Assembly: GCF_000150275.1 (NCBI RefSeq)
Contig: NW_002060949.1
Span: forward strand, 1,361,836-1,425,835
Direction of reading: 5' to 3'
Source of the DNA: Trichoplax adhaerens
Lineage: Eukaryota; Animalia; Placozoa
Length of the DNA stretch: 64,000 bases
The notes beneath the pieces were generated by a model that did no database searches, was not told the DNA's origin, and worked only from the letters and a program-made list of their open reading frames with translations. The translations under genes were made by a program, and so were the position numbers. This document shows positions 1-13,910 of this stretch, piece after piece; positions within the stretch are counted from its first letter, which is position 1; the number at the start of each line of letters is the position of its first letter.

Positions 1-1302
1 TTTTACTCTACTAGTTCAAATGAGTTAGTTGTTGACGATGATTCTATCCAATGATGGATTTTCCTTGAAGTCCATGAATTTGGGATACCTTAGTCAACTG
101 TAACTACGATAGATTGCTATTTTTTTTCCCCTTTCAAATAAAATGGTCATCCCTTCATTCCTTCATATCATTCGATATTGATCTACTGTGTCGACATAAT
201 CGACATGGAAATTATTATCAATACTTTTTGTTGATTCTTTCTTCAAATAACTAAGTTATCAAAAGGGTTTTGTTGTCTTTGGCCATTTTTCCTCTTTTTC
301 TTTTTTTATTTTATTTTTGATACCATAGATTATTATTTGATATCATTTGAACTCATTTTTCACTGTTAACTCGTGGCACATGTAATAGAAGTGATTAGGC
401 CCTACCAAAATTAGCGTCTACGTTCGGAGTATCCTTACATTAGGCAAGTTATGACGTGGCATTTAAAAAAGCTCCAAGTTTATTTGTCAAGGAGGCAGTA
501 ATCGACAGCAATTATGACATGGATAATTCCAACTAATAATGCTCTCATTTACTGTAACAAAGTCAATCGATTCTTCATTTTTACTTTTTATTGGCATCAA
601 TTTTTTCCTATTTTCAAAGACGAAGATGATTGAACGTTGAGTCTAGAGTAATTTCCTTCAATCCTAAGTGATTGATTCTACTTGGCTTGCTATTAATTAA
701 TTAAGAGACAACCTTTGTAAGCTACATGGTGGATACTCTCCTTGAACTTACCATGACGAATGGTAGATCATGATGGAAAATCGATCCATTTTATTCCTAC
801 TGAACAGTAAATACCTACTGCAGAATACAACGTAATGATGATGATGATGTAATTTATGATCAAAACATGAACAATTTAGCGTAAATGAGTCTATTGTGGA
901 AGTCGATGAAGCTGAAAAAGAGTTGAAAAAAAAAATAAAAAATTGTTACAGTTTATTCTTGTTAGATTGAAAATGGAATAATCAATTAATGAGCTACTAT
1001 GGATTGCGATTAGCTTGGAGCAACTTTTCTTTCTTGCCAAGTTGTAATTGTGCTCTGACTGTATCCGTATAATATCGATTTATCATCGTACTTTTGTTTT
1101 GTAAGGTTAGTTGTTCATTATATGTTTTATTAATGTATCCAAGCTTATCATAATGATGTACTGTTGTACATGCCATTGAATAGTTTATTTGCGATAGCCA
1201 TTTTCAAGATATTTTCTCCAATCTTACTGTTGACAAACATTTGATCAAGCTCAGTTTCAACGATGGCGGTAGAGAAATATTAACTTAGGCTGAGTTTTTG
1301 TT

Positions 1303-1558
1303 TCTATTGACGACGATATCTTTGGCGGTAATGATCGAAGTATCGGAAATGGACTCCCAGTTTATTTTCCTTTCTATTGACGACGATATCTTTGGCTGTA
1401 ATGATCAAAGTATCGGAATTGGACTCCCATTTTATATTCGAATTTATTGACGACGATATCTTTGGCTGTCATGATCAAAGTATCGGAAATGGACTCCCAG
1501 TTTATATTCGTTTTTATTGACGACGATATCTTTGGCTCGAACGATCAAACTATCGGCC
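1303..1558. repeat. Tandem repeat, 70-bp unit, ~3.7 copies
   Basis: TATTGACGACGATATCTTTGGC recurs at 1305, 1375, 1445 and 1515 (exact 70-bp period) with high identity between units. Confidence 0.95.
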
Positions 1559-2779
1559 GTATTAATGTTGGCGTATGATATTTTCTACTTTACCTCTGTC
1601 CTCCTTTTGATTATTATTTTGTTATTGAAAACTCGTATCTGGCTTCAGTATACGCTTCTTATGTTGGATAGTGATATTATATTTTTGTCAATTTTTTACA
1701 GCAGAAAGCATGGCGTTTTATTGCCATGGTAATGTTAATGAATGTTACTGTGGGCTGGTGTAGGATACATAAACATGCCGTGTTTTCAAAGGAGTAGAAA
1801 TAAATACAAGCTGGGACAGACTGCATAACATGGAGTCTATTTCAGTTGGGTAGAAATGGATAGATCCAGTGGCTAACATGTACACAGTAGATTATTCAGT
1901 CGGCTCGATATGGACACTTGGACAGTTGTAATCGTTGTGATCAAGTTTACTGGTTACCATTTCATTTAGTCAAACGAAAGACGTATGGATCAAATGAAAT
2001 AGGCGGTCAGTGCATTGAAAATCGATGGCTGACATAAATTAGCAAACTACCTCGCAAAGATACTCGTTTAGTTTACCATTAGTAGTGCTCTAAGTTAGAC
2101 AGGATCGTAAAATGGATATTGATAGTGTACTATCTAGCGATTGCACCCGGCTATTTTAATTTTACAACTATCCTCTCTCGATCCAGTCGGCTTGATCTGA
2201 AAACGTCGATTGCCATTGAAGTACCGTACTCGTACTAAGATTGAGGGATAAACTAGTGGAATACCTCGTAGTTAATGTGAGAAAAGGATGGAAATTGTGG
2301 CTTGCATACGCTTAAGAAGATCGTCTATTGAGCTTAATTGAATCCTTTCTACAGTAGGCAGCTTTAGTCGACGTAGATACCAGAAGCAAGGGTTAGCAGT
2401 CAACGAGATAAATGGATCGCCGCCACTGACAGTAGGATAAGACTTATACCTGTGCAATCAAATTCAATTTTACCTCTCCTGCTATACCCAGCCTAGTTCA
2501 ATCCTTGTTCTGAACAGTATACAGCAGTTCCTTTTCCCTCTATTTGATCGTGATATCCAATATACAGGTAAAAGTCTTACCTCGATGCTTTACAATGACA
2601 CAATCTAGCAGTTTTACTTTTTATTCTCTTTTATTTATTCAAGTCTTTTGGGACAATTCATCCAAGTAAACATAAATAAATTGTAGTAGGTCTATGACGA
2701 TCGAATTTCTCCTATAGAGTCCTATGGGGGTGGTGGTAGAACTTGATCTCTTTGGATAGAAGAAATCAAGTTTGGTTAT

Positions 2780-3800
2780 CAGATAAATAGATGATGAGAT
2801 GATGAAGAATCTTTTGGAAAATTGGGCCGTTTCAACTGATCTACTGTCATGGCGAGGAACCGTGATCATAAGAGTACTGTTGTTTGTCATGTATCTAATT
2901 TTAATCACTACTCCAAACTACTTTCGGGTTGGATCTTGTTGTGATGATAATCGCTTGGTAATGAACGACATCATTAAGAGTAGAATCAGGGACTGAATAA
3001 TACTGTATTCGGATATGGGATAAAGAATGAGACGGTGATGAAGAACCTTTTAAAAAATGGAGAAGTTTCAACTGATCCAGTGTTCTATCATCTGTCATGT
3101 ATCACATTAATCACTATTCCATACTAATGTCTGGTTTGATCTTGTTGTGGTAATCATTACTCGTTAACAACATCATTTATTAAGGGTAGGACCAGGGACT
3201 GAATAATGTTCAAATATCAGATAGATAATGAGACGATGATGAAGAATCTTGAGGAATATTGGACTATTCCAATAGATCTGTCATTTGTCATGTATCGCAT
3301 TGATCACCACTACTCTCTGCTTTACTTTTGTTGTGATGATAATCAATCACTCGTTAGTTACATCCTAAGAGTACGGCCAGGAACTGAATAATTTCACGAA
3401 TAATGTTGGGATATGGGGTAAATACTAGGAGGTTATAAAACGATGATGAAGAGACTCTTCCAAAATTGCGCTGCTTCAATTGATTTAGTATTCTGCTATC
3501 TATTCTGCATCGCATTAATACTCTAGTTTGGTCTTATTAGGACGATAATTTGAAAACACAGGTTAACAATATCGTAAAGAGTAAGACTAGAGACTGAATA
3601 ATGTTCGAATATTGGATATAGTATGAGGCAATGATGAAGAATCTTTTAAAAAATGGATGAGTTTCAACTGATTGAGTGTTCTTCCATCTATCACGTATAT
3701 CACATTGATCATCATCGCTACTCCATACTACTCTCTGATTTTGTCTTGTTGTGATGATAATTAATCGCTCGTTAATGACATCACCAGAGTAAGAGCAGGA
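2780..3800. repeat. Diverged tandem repeat, ~190-240-bp unit, 5 copies
   Basis: RTGATGAAGA at 2799, 3035, 3236, 3443, 3631. TTCAACTGAT, TTGTGATGATAAT and ACTGAATAAT blocks recur in the same order in most units. Confidence 0.85.
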
Positions 3801-4229
3801 AGTAGGAAGAGGATTTTTCTTCCCTGGTAGGACTAGCCTACAACACATCGCAGAGTTTATGGGATAATACTGCACAGTAAAAAGAAAAATGAAGAGTTGC
3901 TGTTGTCCATCACGATCTTTAAAGAGCTAGCCACTATTTTTGATTAGTATTGGATACATAGTCAAAGTCAAATGGAAGAACGACTATGTAAAATCGGACT
4001 ACTTGTACTACTGGCTACTTGAATAACTTGAACCTTTGAAAAACCATCACTTTGATACGTGCATTGCCTATAATTTTCAATATAGTTTATACAGTAGGAT
4101 TGTACTACTGCAAAAATGAGGCCACAAATCTGCACGGGTAGTATATCATGGATTACTAGAAAGAAAACCTAAACAAGCCACTCATATCTCATCTTTAAGC
4201 TATCAGTCTGATAGCAAAAGTATCGAAAA

Positions 4230-4670
4230 ATACAACTCTTCTATCTTTCGGTTGTTATAGAATTGTTTTATTTTCTGTAGCAAAATTTGTAATTTCAACT
4301 ATAGATACTCTGCTCAGCTATAGCTGTGCCATAACTGTACTGAGATATTGTTGACAACGAGAGCATATACGAATACGAGTTATAGGACCCTTCTATCTTC
4401 TACTTGTAAAATTATTTTCTCTGGCAAATCGGTAGTTTCAGTAGATATTCTGCTCAGCTACAGTTATACTGAGATATTTTGACAACTAGAGAATGGAAAT
4501 ACAATCTTTCTGTCTTTTATTTCTTAAATTTACAATTTCAATAGATATCCTGCTCAGCTATACAGTACATGTGCTGAGATATTTTTGACAAGCAGAGAAA
4601 CATTATCAAGCTATAACTTTAATCATGTTTTGACAACCAGAGGAAAAATATCAAGCTATAACTTTAATCG
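4230..4670. repeat. Short diverged repeats (3x CTGCTCAGCTA...TGAGATATT...TGACAA, plus a ~45-bp duplication)
   Basis: CTGCTCAGCTA at ~4310, ~4450 and ~4550. TATCAAGCTATAACTTTAATC occurs twice at ~4604 and ~4649. Confidence 0.75.
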
Positions 4671-5869
4671 TGCAGTGCAGCCCCAAATAAGCTGAAGACT
4701 AAGTTTATATCGTCTACAGATAGTCCTTGGTCGTTGTAAAACGAACCTAATCGTATGTAATAAAGTGAAATTTACAAGAAACTGTAGTTCTGGTTATATT
4801 TTTGGAGAAGACACTTTATTATCAATCGTATCAAGGATTCCGTACTGACGCTGTAACTTTAAAATTAGTCCATCAATGATCGATGATCATTATGAAATAT
4901 CGCTAGTCTAGGTCACAAAAATCGAAATTAATTAGAATAAAACGAGTATTTGGATATTTTAATTTGTGACCTTTTCATGCGTCATAAGCTATTTATAATG
5001 GTGTAGGTGAAAAAAAAAAATAGAGTAAAACTGGTTTTCACGTACGCAAGAGATTCCTAGTGGAAACAGTATAAAAAATAGACCTACGTAGGTAACATCA
5101 AATAAGCGCAGTTTCTGTAGTATCTGGTCCAAGTTTCCTGATATATCTACTCTCTTACCATGAGTCAAGACTACAGAAATAAAGTCGAAATGCAATGATT
5201 TTTTTACTCAATATAATAGGGCAGAACTAATCATGATATCGGTTGCGATGGAAATGAAAATCAGATTGGTATACGCCTATTCACTCGCCTCATGATATTG
5301 CGCAAGGGTTCCAATCCTATCCTATACAGTACAACAAGAAGATAAAATATGAATTTCTTACTGTGATATACGATAGTGATGATTGAAAGGAACTATTTGA
5401 AAAATTGATAAATTAAAATAGAGCTTCATAAAGAATCATCAATGTAAATAGGGACAAGTAAAATGAAAATGTGTTTACTGAAATTTTCCGAATTTCAATA
5501 GAGTTAAGAAAATAAAATTATAGTGCTGTTGTTTCTATTCGTATAATAGCATGGGAACTTTTTGGAAGGGAAGAAAGGAGGCAAGAGTTTGCTACAGGGT
5601 ATTAGTATGATATTTGCATCTGTTTCTGCTGATCATTTACTATTTTAGAGTAAAATTCGTATCTCCACGCTAAACTTACAGGGATGTTTGCTACGTCTGC
5701 GTATGTTTGAAGTTCGCAGGCAAAATTTGTTGAACATTTATTTAACTGCTGTATTACATAGTTTACTCTGTTACATATAATACTACTAGGAGACTAATAC
5801 AAGTAGTCTAGGTACTAACTGACTGCTTTTATTGACTCTTATATTATTTACACACCATTTATGGATAAA

Positions 5870-6870
5870 ATTGGATCAGGTCATGGTGGATTAGGCAATT
5901 GTTACTCAATCATTTATACCGCTTTTATTATACCCACTAATGATTGAAGAAGAATACCGCAGTTGTATACTATGATTTCATCGGACCATATCAGAATACG
6001 AGTGCGTCTGCAAACTACTATTCGTTGTAGTTACTGTCATTAATTTAATTTATCATGGGATATATAGGCATTATTTTATCCAAGTTATAGCCTAAATAGA
6101 GTATCTTGAGCCGAGTCCAATCTAGCCATCTGATTATCCTGTATAGAGGATCGGTAATTTTTTTTGGCGGGGGGGGGCAGTTATTTATACTTGTTTAATT
6201 AATAATGAAAATAGCCTTTCACTGTCCTGACTACCGACTTTTAGTAGTGAATAATCGCTTTCCGCCCTTTTCTTCCTTTCCTTTTAGTAAGCCCTGTATA
6301 TACATCATGATTTCATGGTATACCGTGAGCGTATATAATATTGTCAAAATACGAGCGCAACTACAAACTGTTATTCGATATGGTTATTAAGTTGATCACG
6401 GGATACAAGCACTATTTTACCCAAGTAATAGCCCTAGTAGAGTATCTCAAGCTGAGACTAACCTAGTTATAGGGATAAATTATACGAGTATAGTGGATTA
6501 GACAATTTTTAGGTAGTCATTTATACTCCTTTAATGGAAATAGCTTTTACTGAACCGATTCACGATTCATGAAGAATAACGTAGTTATTCATGCTAGTAA
6601 TTTATCATTTCATCATACTGTATAACATTGAAATTGGAGTGCAACTACAAACTGTTATTCGATGCGGTAGTTAACTTTATCACGGGATAAACATACACTA
6701 TTTTACCCAAGTATTGGCCTTAATACAGGATGTTGATTTACTGAAGTTACACGTATAGTAGATTCAGCAATTTCTAGGCAGTCATTGATACGCATACTTC
6801 TTGAATGAACATAGCCTTTTAGCGTGTGGACTAACATTCAAGAAGAATAATGTTGTTATATGTACTAGTA
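5870..6870. repeat. Diverged ~300-bp repeat, ~3 copies
   Basis: Recurring blocks GGATT(A)G(G)CAATT, ATAGC(C)TTT, GAAGAATA, CAAACTGTTATTCGAT and TATTTTACCCAAGT. Confidence 0.7.
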
Positions 6871-6874
6871 TAGT

Positions 6875-7493
6875 ATGACTTCATCATACAATATCAAATA
6901 CTGGGGTATAAACTGTTATTGGACATAATAATTTACCCAAGCAGCGACTACTAGTTATTTTCGAACAGTCCTTAACCCAAGTAATGACTTCATCATACAA
7001 TATCAAATACTTGGGTATAAACTGTTATTGGATGTAATGAAGTTTACTCGTATAATAATTTACCTAAGCAGCGATTACTAGTTGTCTTCGAACAGTCCTT
7101 GACCCAAGTAATGACTTCATCATACAATATCAAATACTGGGGTATAAACTGTTATTGGATATAATGAAGTTTACTCATATAATAATTTACCCAAGCGACT
7201 ACTAGTTGTCTTGGAATAGTCCTTGACCCAAGTAATGACTTCATCATACAATATCAAATAGTGGGGTATAAACTGTTATTGGATATAATGAAGTTTACTC
7301 ATATAATAATTTACCCAAGCAGCGACTACTAGTTGTCTTGGAATAGTCCTTGACCCAAGTAATGACTTCATCATACAATATCAAATAGTGGGGTATAAAC
7401 TGTTATTGGATATAATGAAGTTTACTCATATAATAATTTACCCAAGCAGCGACTACTAGTTATCTTCGAACAGTCCTTAACCCAAGTAATGAC
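6875..7493. repeat. Young tandem repeat, ~127-bp unit, 5 copies
   Basis: ATGACTTCATCATACAATATCAAATA at 6875, 6984, 7111, 7235 and 7362. Units are near-identical. Confidence 0.95.
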
Positions 7494-8170
7494 CTTTATA
7501 GAATATCTTAAACCTAGTCTAACCTAACTCGACCCCAAGTCACCTTGCCTTTAAAAGTAAACAACAAGAGAAATATCGTAATAATATCTCTTTGATAATC
7601 TAAAATTTAGATAATGGTATTGTTATTAAATCAATGGCTATTTTCCTTTTGTCATTACTTTTGTTAATTGATAAGATCTTAACGGAATTCTATTGTCAAT
7701 CATCAATTCAGGTATTCAGCCAGACAATAATAGACTATGTGAAAATGTCAAAAGTCACAGCTAAACTTCAATACTTTCTATTATGGGCTATCTATGGCTG
7801 TATTTCTATTGTTATTTTATCAAATGCTTGGTTTTCTTGCTGGTATACCGGATTTTTTTATCTTTCTATATTGAATATGGGTAGAAAATTAATTATAACC
7901 AGCAAAATCATACGATATGTTTATAAGTTAAGATTATAGACATGTATTGTGCTATGACATGTTGCTCGTAATACCTAGGATAAATAAATACTCCGAAACA
8001 TGAATTGGATTTCAATACTACCGCAGTGACTGTCACATTAAAAACTAAAGATTGAGATGTTGGATTTCTTGCTTAATTTTTACCTAGCAACAATTGCAAA
8101 GAGTTGACTGTGTAATCAATGAACTTTTAGAAAGATATTTCTCTCCATTTCTAATAGTAATTCTTTCAAT

Positions 8171-11100
8171 ATGACAGATCTGGAACGTAAGCTATCGAAT
8201 CGAGCATCGCGTGATGTATTAATTAGGAGAGGCATACTAAAAACTGGTAAGAAATGCACCTATGCTTACGGACGATAGTGCTGATAGCGATAACCTACAA
8301 TTTCTGATGCTGGCAACTTATTAGACTTTCATAGTGTGATAATTATTCTTTCTATCTTGATGATAACATCGGTAATTCTTGTAAGGCAGCTATTTGAATT
8401 ATACTTTATAAAAGTAATCTCCGAGTTTTTAGTAATTTAGGATAGCTATAGTGTATACTCGTCAATTTGTAGTTTCAATCAATTTCATTTTTGTAAATTG
8501 CTACAATATGAGATATTACATAAGAGATAAAATGATCTAAAAATGAAGTTTAATTAATTCTGAGTAAGCTATATCTACTGTCTTGACATAGATATACTAC
8601 AGATAATATGTACTTTGTTTATGAGTAGGAATTATACAATTCTCTCCAACCAAAATTCATTTTTAATAGGCGATGAGGAAACTATTTCACACTTTAAATA
8701 TTTCATAGTAGTAGCATCTTGATTTCTCATCGTTTTAAACTATATTTCGTGTAGTATCTATATAGCTTATGCTATATCTTAGCCAATATCCTGCAATCTT
8801 TAGCTGATTACTTTTGCTCTTCTTTATCTCAAGTATTCGTTATAAGATCTCATCCCTAAAGCAGCCTCTATCTTTAGTATCAAAGCGACACAAATCATAA
8901 AATTATATTACTGTAGTATACTACGATATTATAAATGAACCTTTGATTAGGTCGCACTGATTAAATTTCACCAGGCTGTAGCGTTACACTCTTACCCGTA
9001 CAGCATAGACTACTGTGCGATGTTTTGACTTTAACTCACTTTAAACCTGATTTTCAATTTATCTATCGTTACTTGTATTTGATAATCTAAAGGTATCTAC
9101 AGTAACATAAGCATTTTATCATTGTTTTCTGAAATAACCGTAGATATACCAAATATATTTTAGAATCTATATTCAAATTTTGTAAGTTGTCGCATAGCTT
9201 TTCGCTCTTCAAATTCTACAGTATTTATTCTATCGCATGATTTATGTTTGCGTCATAATCTGTACCGATTCGTTACTAAAAAATTGTATTTTGGTATCAG
9301 ATATTTGTCTTCCACTTAATTAATATATTCTCTATTTGTATTTTTACTATCGATCTTGGTTGCTGGGGCTATATCTACACCGAAAAATTAAAAAATGTAG
9401 CTTCAACTGATTCGCCACAAATGAGTCAATCGAACAAGCGTAGAATTAGGCGACGTGAAAATGAAATTAGTAAAAACAATATTGATCAACCAAAACAAAA
9501 ATTTATTTTTGTCGCATCTATCAACAATGCAGACAAGTTAGTTTAATGATATATTTATGATGTTATAACTTGTTAACTCAGCTACAATCTACTATAACAT
9601 CATTGAGCGTACATATGGTGCGTTTAAATACTATACTTATTTCCAAATTATATGCAAAGTACTTTGCCTATCATCGTTGCAACCATGCTATTCACTTTTA
9701 TTACTATAAACAAGAATAATGCCAGTATAACTTATATTAATGTCTTGATAATATTAATCTATATTTTTCAATTGCTTAATATTTAATTATTCTATTTTCA
9801 AATAATTACTTTTTTATGGATTGTTACCAAACTTAATAGTATAAGCAGCGATTCTGATCGGAGCTCATCGGATGAGAGTGGCTATGAAGATGAAGAAATG
9901 CTCGGTAATATGATACAGTAATTAGTATAACTAGAAAACATTCTCAAACTCTGACATTAGTAGGTAATAATTTACGTAATGTAGTGCAATATGAAAATAC
10001 GATATACCTATTTCTGTAACTAATTATTCTTGCTTGTGAAGATTAATTAATATCCTTTCTTATCGTATATCTATATTCGAATGCAATGCTGTATAACAGA
10101 TATATTAGGGTACTAACAATTATAATAATAATGATAGGTTTATGGTATCCACTTATACGAGTACATAAAAATGATGCCATCAAACTGTATCATTAATTTC
10201 GTATCCATATAGTTGTTAAGAGCTGATATCTATTTAATCGTATAGATAGTATACTGTTCTCTAGTTGCATTACGTAGAGCGACCAACACATTCGATACAA
10301 CTAGATTTAATAGAGATAAAAAGAATACCATCAAGGTATTTAAAAAATGATTAGCAACTTCTCTAAAAGTATACTGTACTGTAGTATACTTTTAATATGT
10401 TAGGAGCAGTCCTCATACAGTTCAGTTATGCTAGCCAAATTTAAAACTTAATACTATATTCCTGTATTATAACGCGAATTTTTTTATTTATTACGTATAA
10501 TTTTGTAGCTGGTAAGCAATATATTTGTTAAAGATTATTTAATATATATATATATATGTCCTATACTGTTATCATTTGTACGCTTACATCTACGTTAAAT
10601 TACAATGACACCTTGACATTATGATGACATAGTTGCAGTAGCTGGATATGATCTGAAACAAAAGCGACAATCAATAGCTGAAGTTGGCACCGTCTTGACA
10701 AGGTAAATAACGTATTTATCAAGTAAAATTCAGTTTATAAATTTTCATTATGTATATATGAAAGAATTGCTTATAATACGATTAGCAAGAGTGAATTGTT
10801 AGCACCTACATTTAGCAGTATTATTAACATGAAGTAATTATTTCTTTATTAGGAGACTTAGTTTACGTCCTAGTCGTGAAGAACTGGAAGACCGTCATAT
10901 CTTATTGAGTAAGTTTATACTGTATAGCAACGAGAGATTATTCTACTGAAATATTACGTGGAGCTTGTAATTAATAATGATCATATAGTTAAATGAAAAT
11001 ATATAGATAGTTAACTGTATAATCGATTTTCCTGCAGATTGTTCTAGCAAAGAAAAGAAGCAAGAGATTGAAGAAACAAAGCAAGTATTAACGAGGAGGG

Positions 11101-12209
11101 TATGTAATTAATACTAAGAATAATTTAATTTATAGCGGGTTTAATAAACGTTTCTTTTTCATCAGTAACAAGATTTATTATTTTTCTAAGTAAACTTTCA
11201 TAATTCATAGTTAAGCAATAGACCGTCTATAACGGAATTAAAAGCTCGAAAAATTATTCAATTCAGTGATTACGTCCATCTGCTAGATGTCGATGAATAC
11301 GATCGGAGGTTAGATTGTAAAAATTAATTTCAACCTAATGCTATAATAAAAGCGTTACAACATAGTTCGGTATATAATTTTATTATGGTATTTTATATGC
11401 TTGGTTTGATCAACAAGTACTGTTTTATGAGCCCAATCTATCTTGTTGCAATAGTTTAACTTTCTTTGCTAATTACTACGTATAGATTTACTATACTAAA
11501 AATAGCAATTACAGGAAAATTTTAATAATAGAGAGTATTAAAAGATACGTTTTAAGGATTAGTTCTGGCTAATCTCAACTTATTATTACTTAACTTAAAG
11601 ATCTGATAAACCATGGACAAGACTGACGTCAAAGCAAAAGGTATGTGATAAGATATATCATACTTGAATGTTTCATGTGCTCATAATATCGGTTGGTTGC
11701 ACCCATGATAGGATTTAATTGTATTATAAGCAATTTGTTCATTTTTTATCAGCGATATTAATGTGTTACTTAATTTAAAAATATAGGCTGCTATTAGAAA
11801 GGAGTTAAATGAGTATAAAAGTACTGAAATGCTTGTTCATGAGGACAGTCGCCACTTAACCAGGTAAGGTCTCCAAAGTGATATAGACAGAAAATACATG
11901 CTACACAATTGTTTTAATAATAAGCAATTTTTCCGTATTATTGTTTTTACGAAAATATTGATGTCGGCAGGATATTTTAGTGTTCACGTACGTAATCCAA
12001 TGATTAATATGAGATGATGTGATAAATAAAGTTGATCACTTTATATTTCATATTCGGATTTGCCGACTGAGCTTAATGTGTAGATATATGCAGTATTTTA
12101 CTTTATGTTATCGGAGAGCAATATCGACATGTCAATGATTTAAAAATTTTAATAACGTATTGCTGTTTATATTTTGAATTACTCATTTCTTCACTCTAGA
12201 TACCACTGA
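8171..12209 (+). CDS. PHACTR: Phosphatase and actin regulator (RPEL repeats plus C-terminal PP1-binding region), multi-exon
   Basis: Spliced exons give the N-terminal RPEL DLERKLSNRASRDVLIRRGILK (8171-8246), an acidic SSDSD...EDEE exon (~9840-9904), and TRRLSLRPSREELEDRHIL, LSNRPSITELKARKIIQFSDYV...YDRR, [41 protein letters not shown]. The 5' end is uncertain because 8171 ATG overlaps a possible acceptor ACAG. Exon phase between 9.9 and 10.6 kb is unresolved. Confidence 0.9.
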
Positions 12210-13910
12210 AACCACTGAGTAGTGCAAGATGTTATTTTTAATGATGGCGTCTCCAAATCGAAACGATTGATTGTATTATCTATTGTTTACGAATAAGTTA
12301 CATAATAATCCGCCATAATCATTACTGTCTTTTTAAAATTCTGTATAGGGAACTTTTTGTCTCATTGAGCATTTTTGGTCTCGACTTTATTAATTAAATG
12401 TGTACATATTATGTATAAAACCGTTAAAATGTGAGCCTATAAATTGGTGCCTCAGCAATTGTATGACTAATACGAAGTGTTTGTATCATTTACAAGTCGG
12501 CAGTAATTGGAATAAGAGCATACATTGTACCAGTGTAGTGATGTATAGAATTGTAACTTGTTGGTGGATGCAGCTTCTATTAACATCCAGATGGAACACG
12601 TTATCTACATACGCGTAAGATATGTTGAATGCATTATTGTATTATCTAATTTAAAGGATATGGCTCTCTTAAAATCTCTTATATTTCCTTTGCTATCATG
12701 TAACCATATTATAATTATTGTTGAAGTATCTTTTAATTATTTGGAACATATTGTAAGTAATCTCTACGTTATATCGCTAATTCCTGTTTTTTCCAACAAT
12801 GATATTGTTACTTTAAATTATTTTGGAAAATGCATATACGAATCATTTATTAACCTAATGACAAGGAGCCTTTTTAAAGTATGTATCTTATTTTATGATA
12901 CACAGTATGCATGTTGCATTTAAGGTCTTATTAAACTCGATGGCAACTACGATAATAAATCATTATTATGTAAAAAAATGTTTGCATAGCAAGCTGCTAT
13001 CTAGGTTGTACAGTATTTAGATATGAATATAAGGAACTGGAAGTAGATTGTTGCTTGACTTAGAAATGGCATAATTAATTGCCTTAATTCCTATTATATA
13101 CGTTATTGTTCGGCATACGTAAAGTCGGTTACATCTTCTTCTATTTACAATAATTTAGATATAGCTTTACCACAAATGCATAGTACTACTTACTGTCAAA
13201 AAGGGATGATAAGACGATAAGATTAGCACTAAAAAGTATCTATCATATTTGTATGCTATTAAACACCTAAAGGTACATCACCTGCTATTACACAGTACTA
13301 CAACAAAAAATACGTCAATGTACCGGATATTTCCCTTTTTAAATATAATACCAGCTAAGTTTTAATCAATCAATTACATAACATTGTTAGATAATGGTAA
13401 AAGCGACATACTTAGTTACGAAAGGTAGAGCAATGCACAGCTTAATATGCATGCGTAATGCGTGATATCATTTTAAATTAAAATAGCTCAGTTTCAACTA
13501 TATTTAAATTTGATAATCATGATTAAACAAAGTAATTGATATGCGGCATTTTTAACCTTTTAACAAACCATGAAAACGAAACATGCTTGTTTGTACGTAT
13601 TTATGTTTATACATAAATATTTCTACATAAATTAAAATTACTAAATCTAGATAACTTACAGTTAAAAACAATTTTTCTGAAAGAATACTTTTTTAATGAG
13701 CGTAAAACACATCCTTCTGTACAATTACGGAATAGTGGTTTTTAAATGCCAACACATATCAGTGGTTGCAACGATAAATCACTGTTCAACAAGTCTACTG
13801 TAAATTAAAGGTAATGCTTTAAACGAGCAGTACGTGATATTTTGGGCACTAAAAAGTTGCATATAGATATATTCTCAAGCAGAATGGATACGTGTCTAAA
13901 TTCAAAGTCG

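Noticed and set aside
752-789. Possible first coding exon on the minus strand (MDRFSIMIYHSS, strong GTAAGT donor)
   Set aside because: No recognisable protein and no supportable downstream exon in the window.
5255-5325. tRNA-like A/B-box pattern (CAGATTGGTA...GGTTCCAATCC)
   Set aside because: No acceptor or anticodon stem can be formed.
6968-7485. U12 branch-site look-alikes (TCCTTRAC) in each 127-bp unit
   Set aside because: One chance motif copied by the repeat; the AG is too close and there is no matching 5' site or exon.
1517-7939. Short ORFs of the ORF track in 1.5-8 kb
   Set aside because: I/L/F/Y-rich translations of AT-rich repeats with no domains or consistent splice structure.
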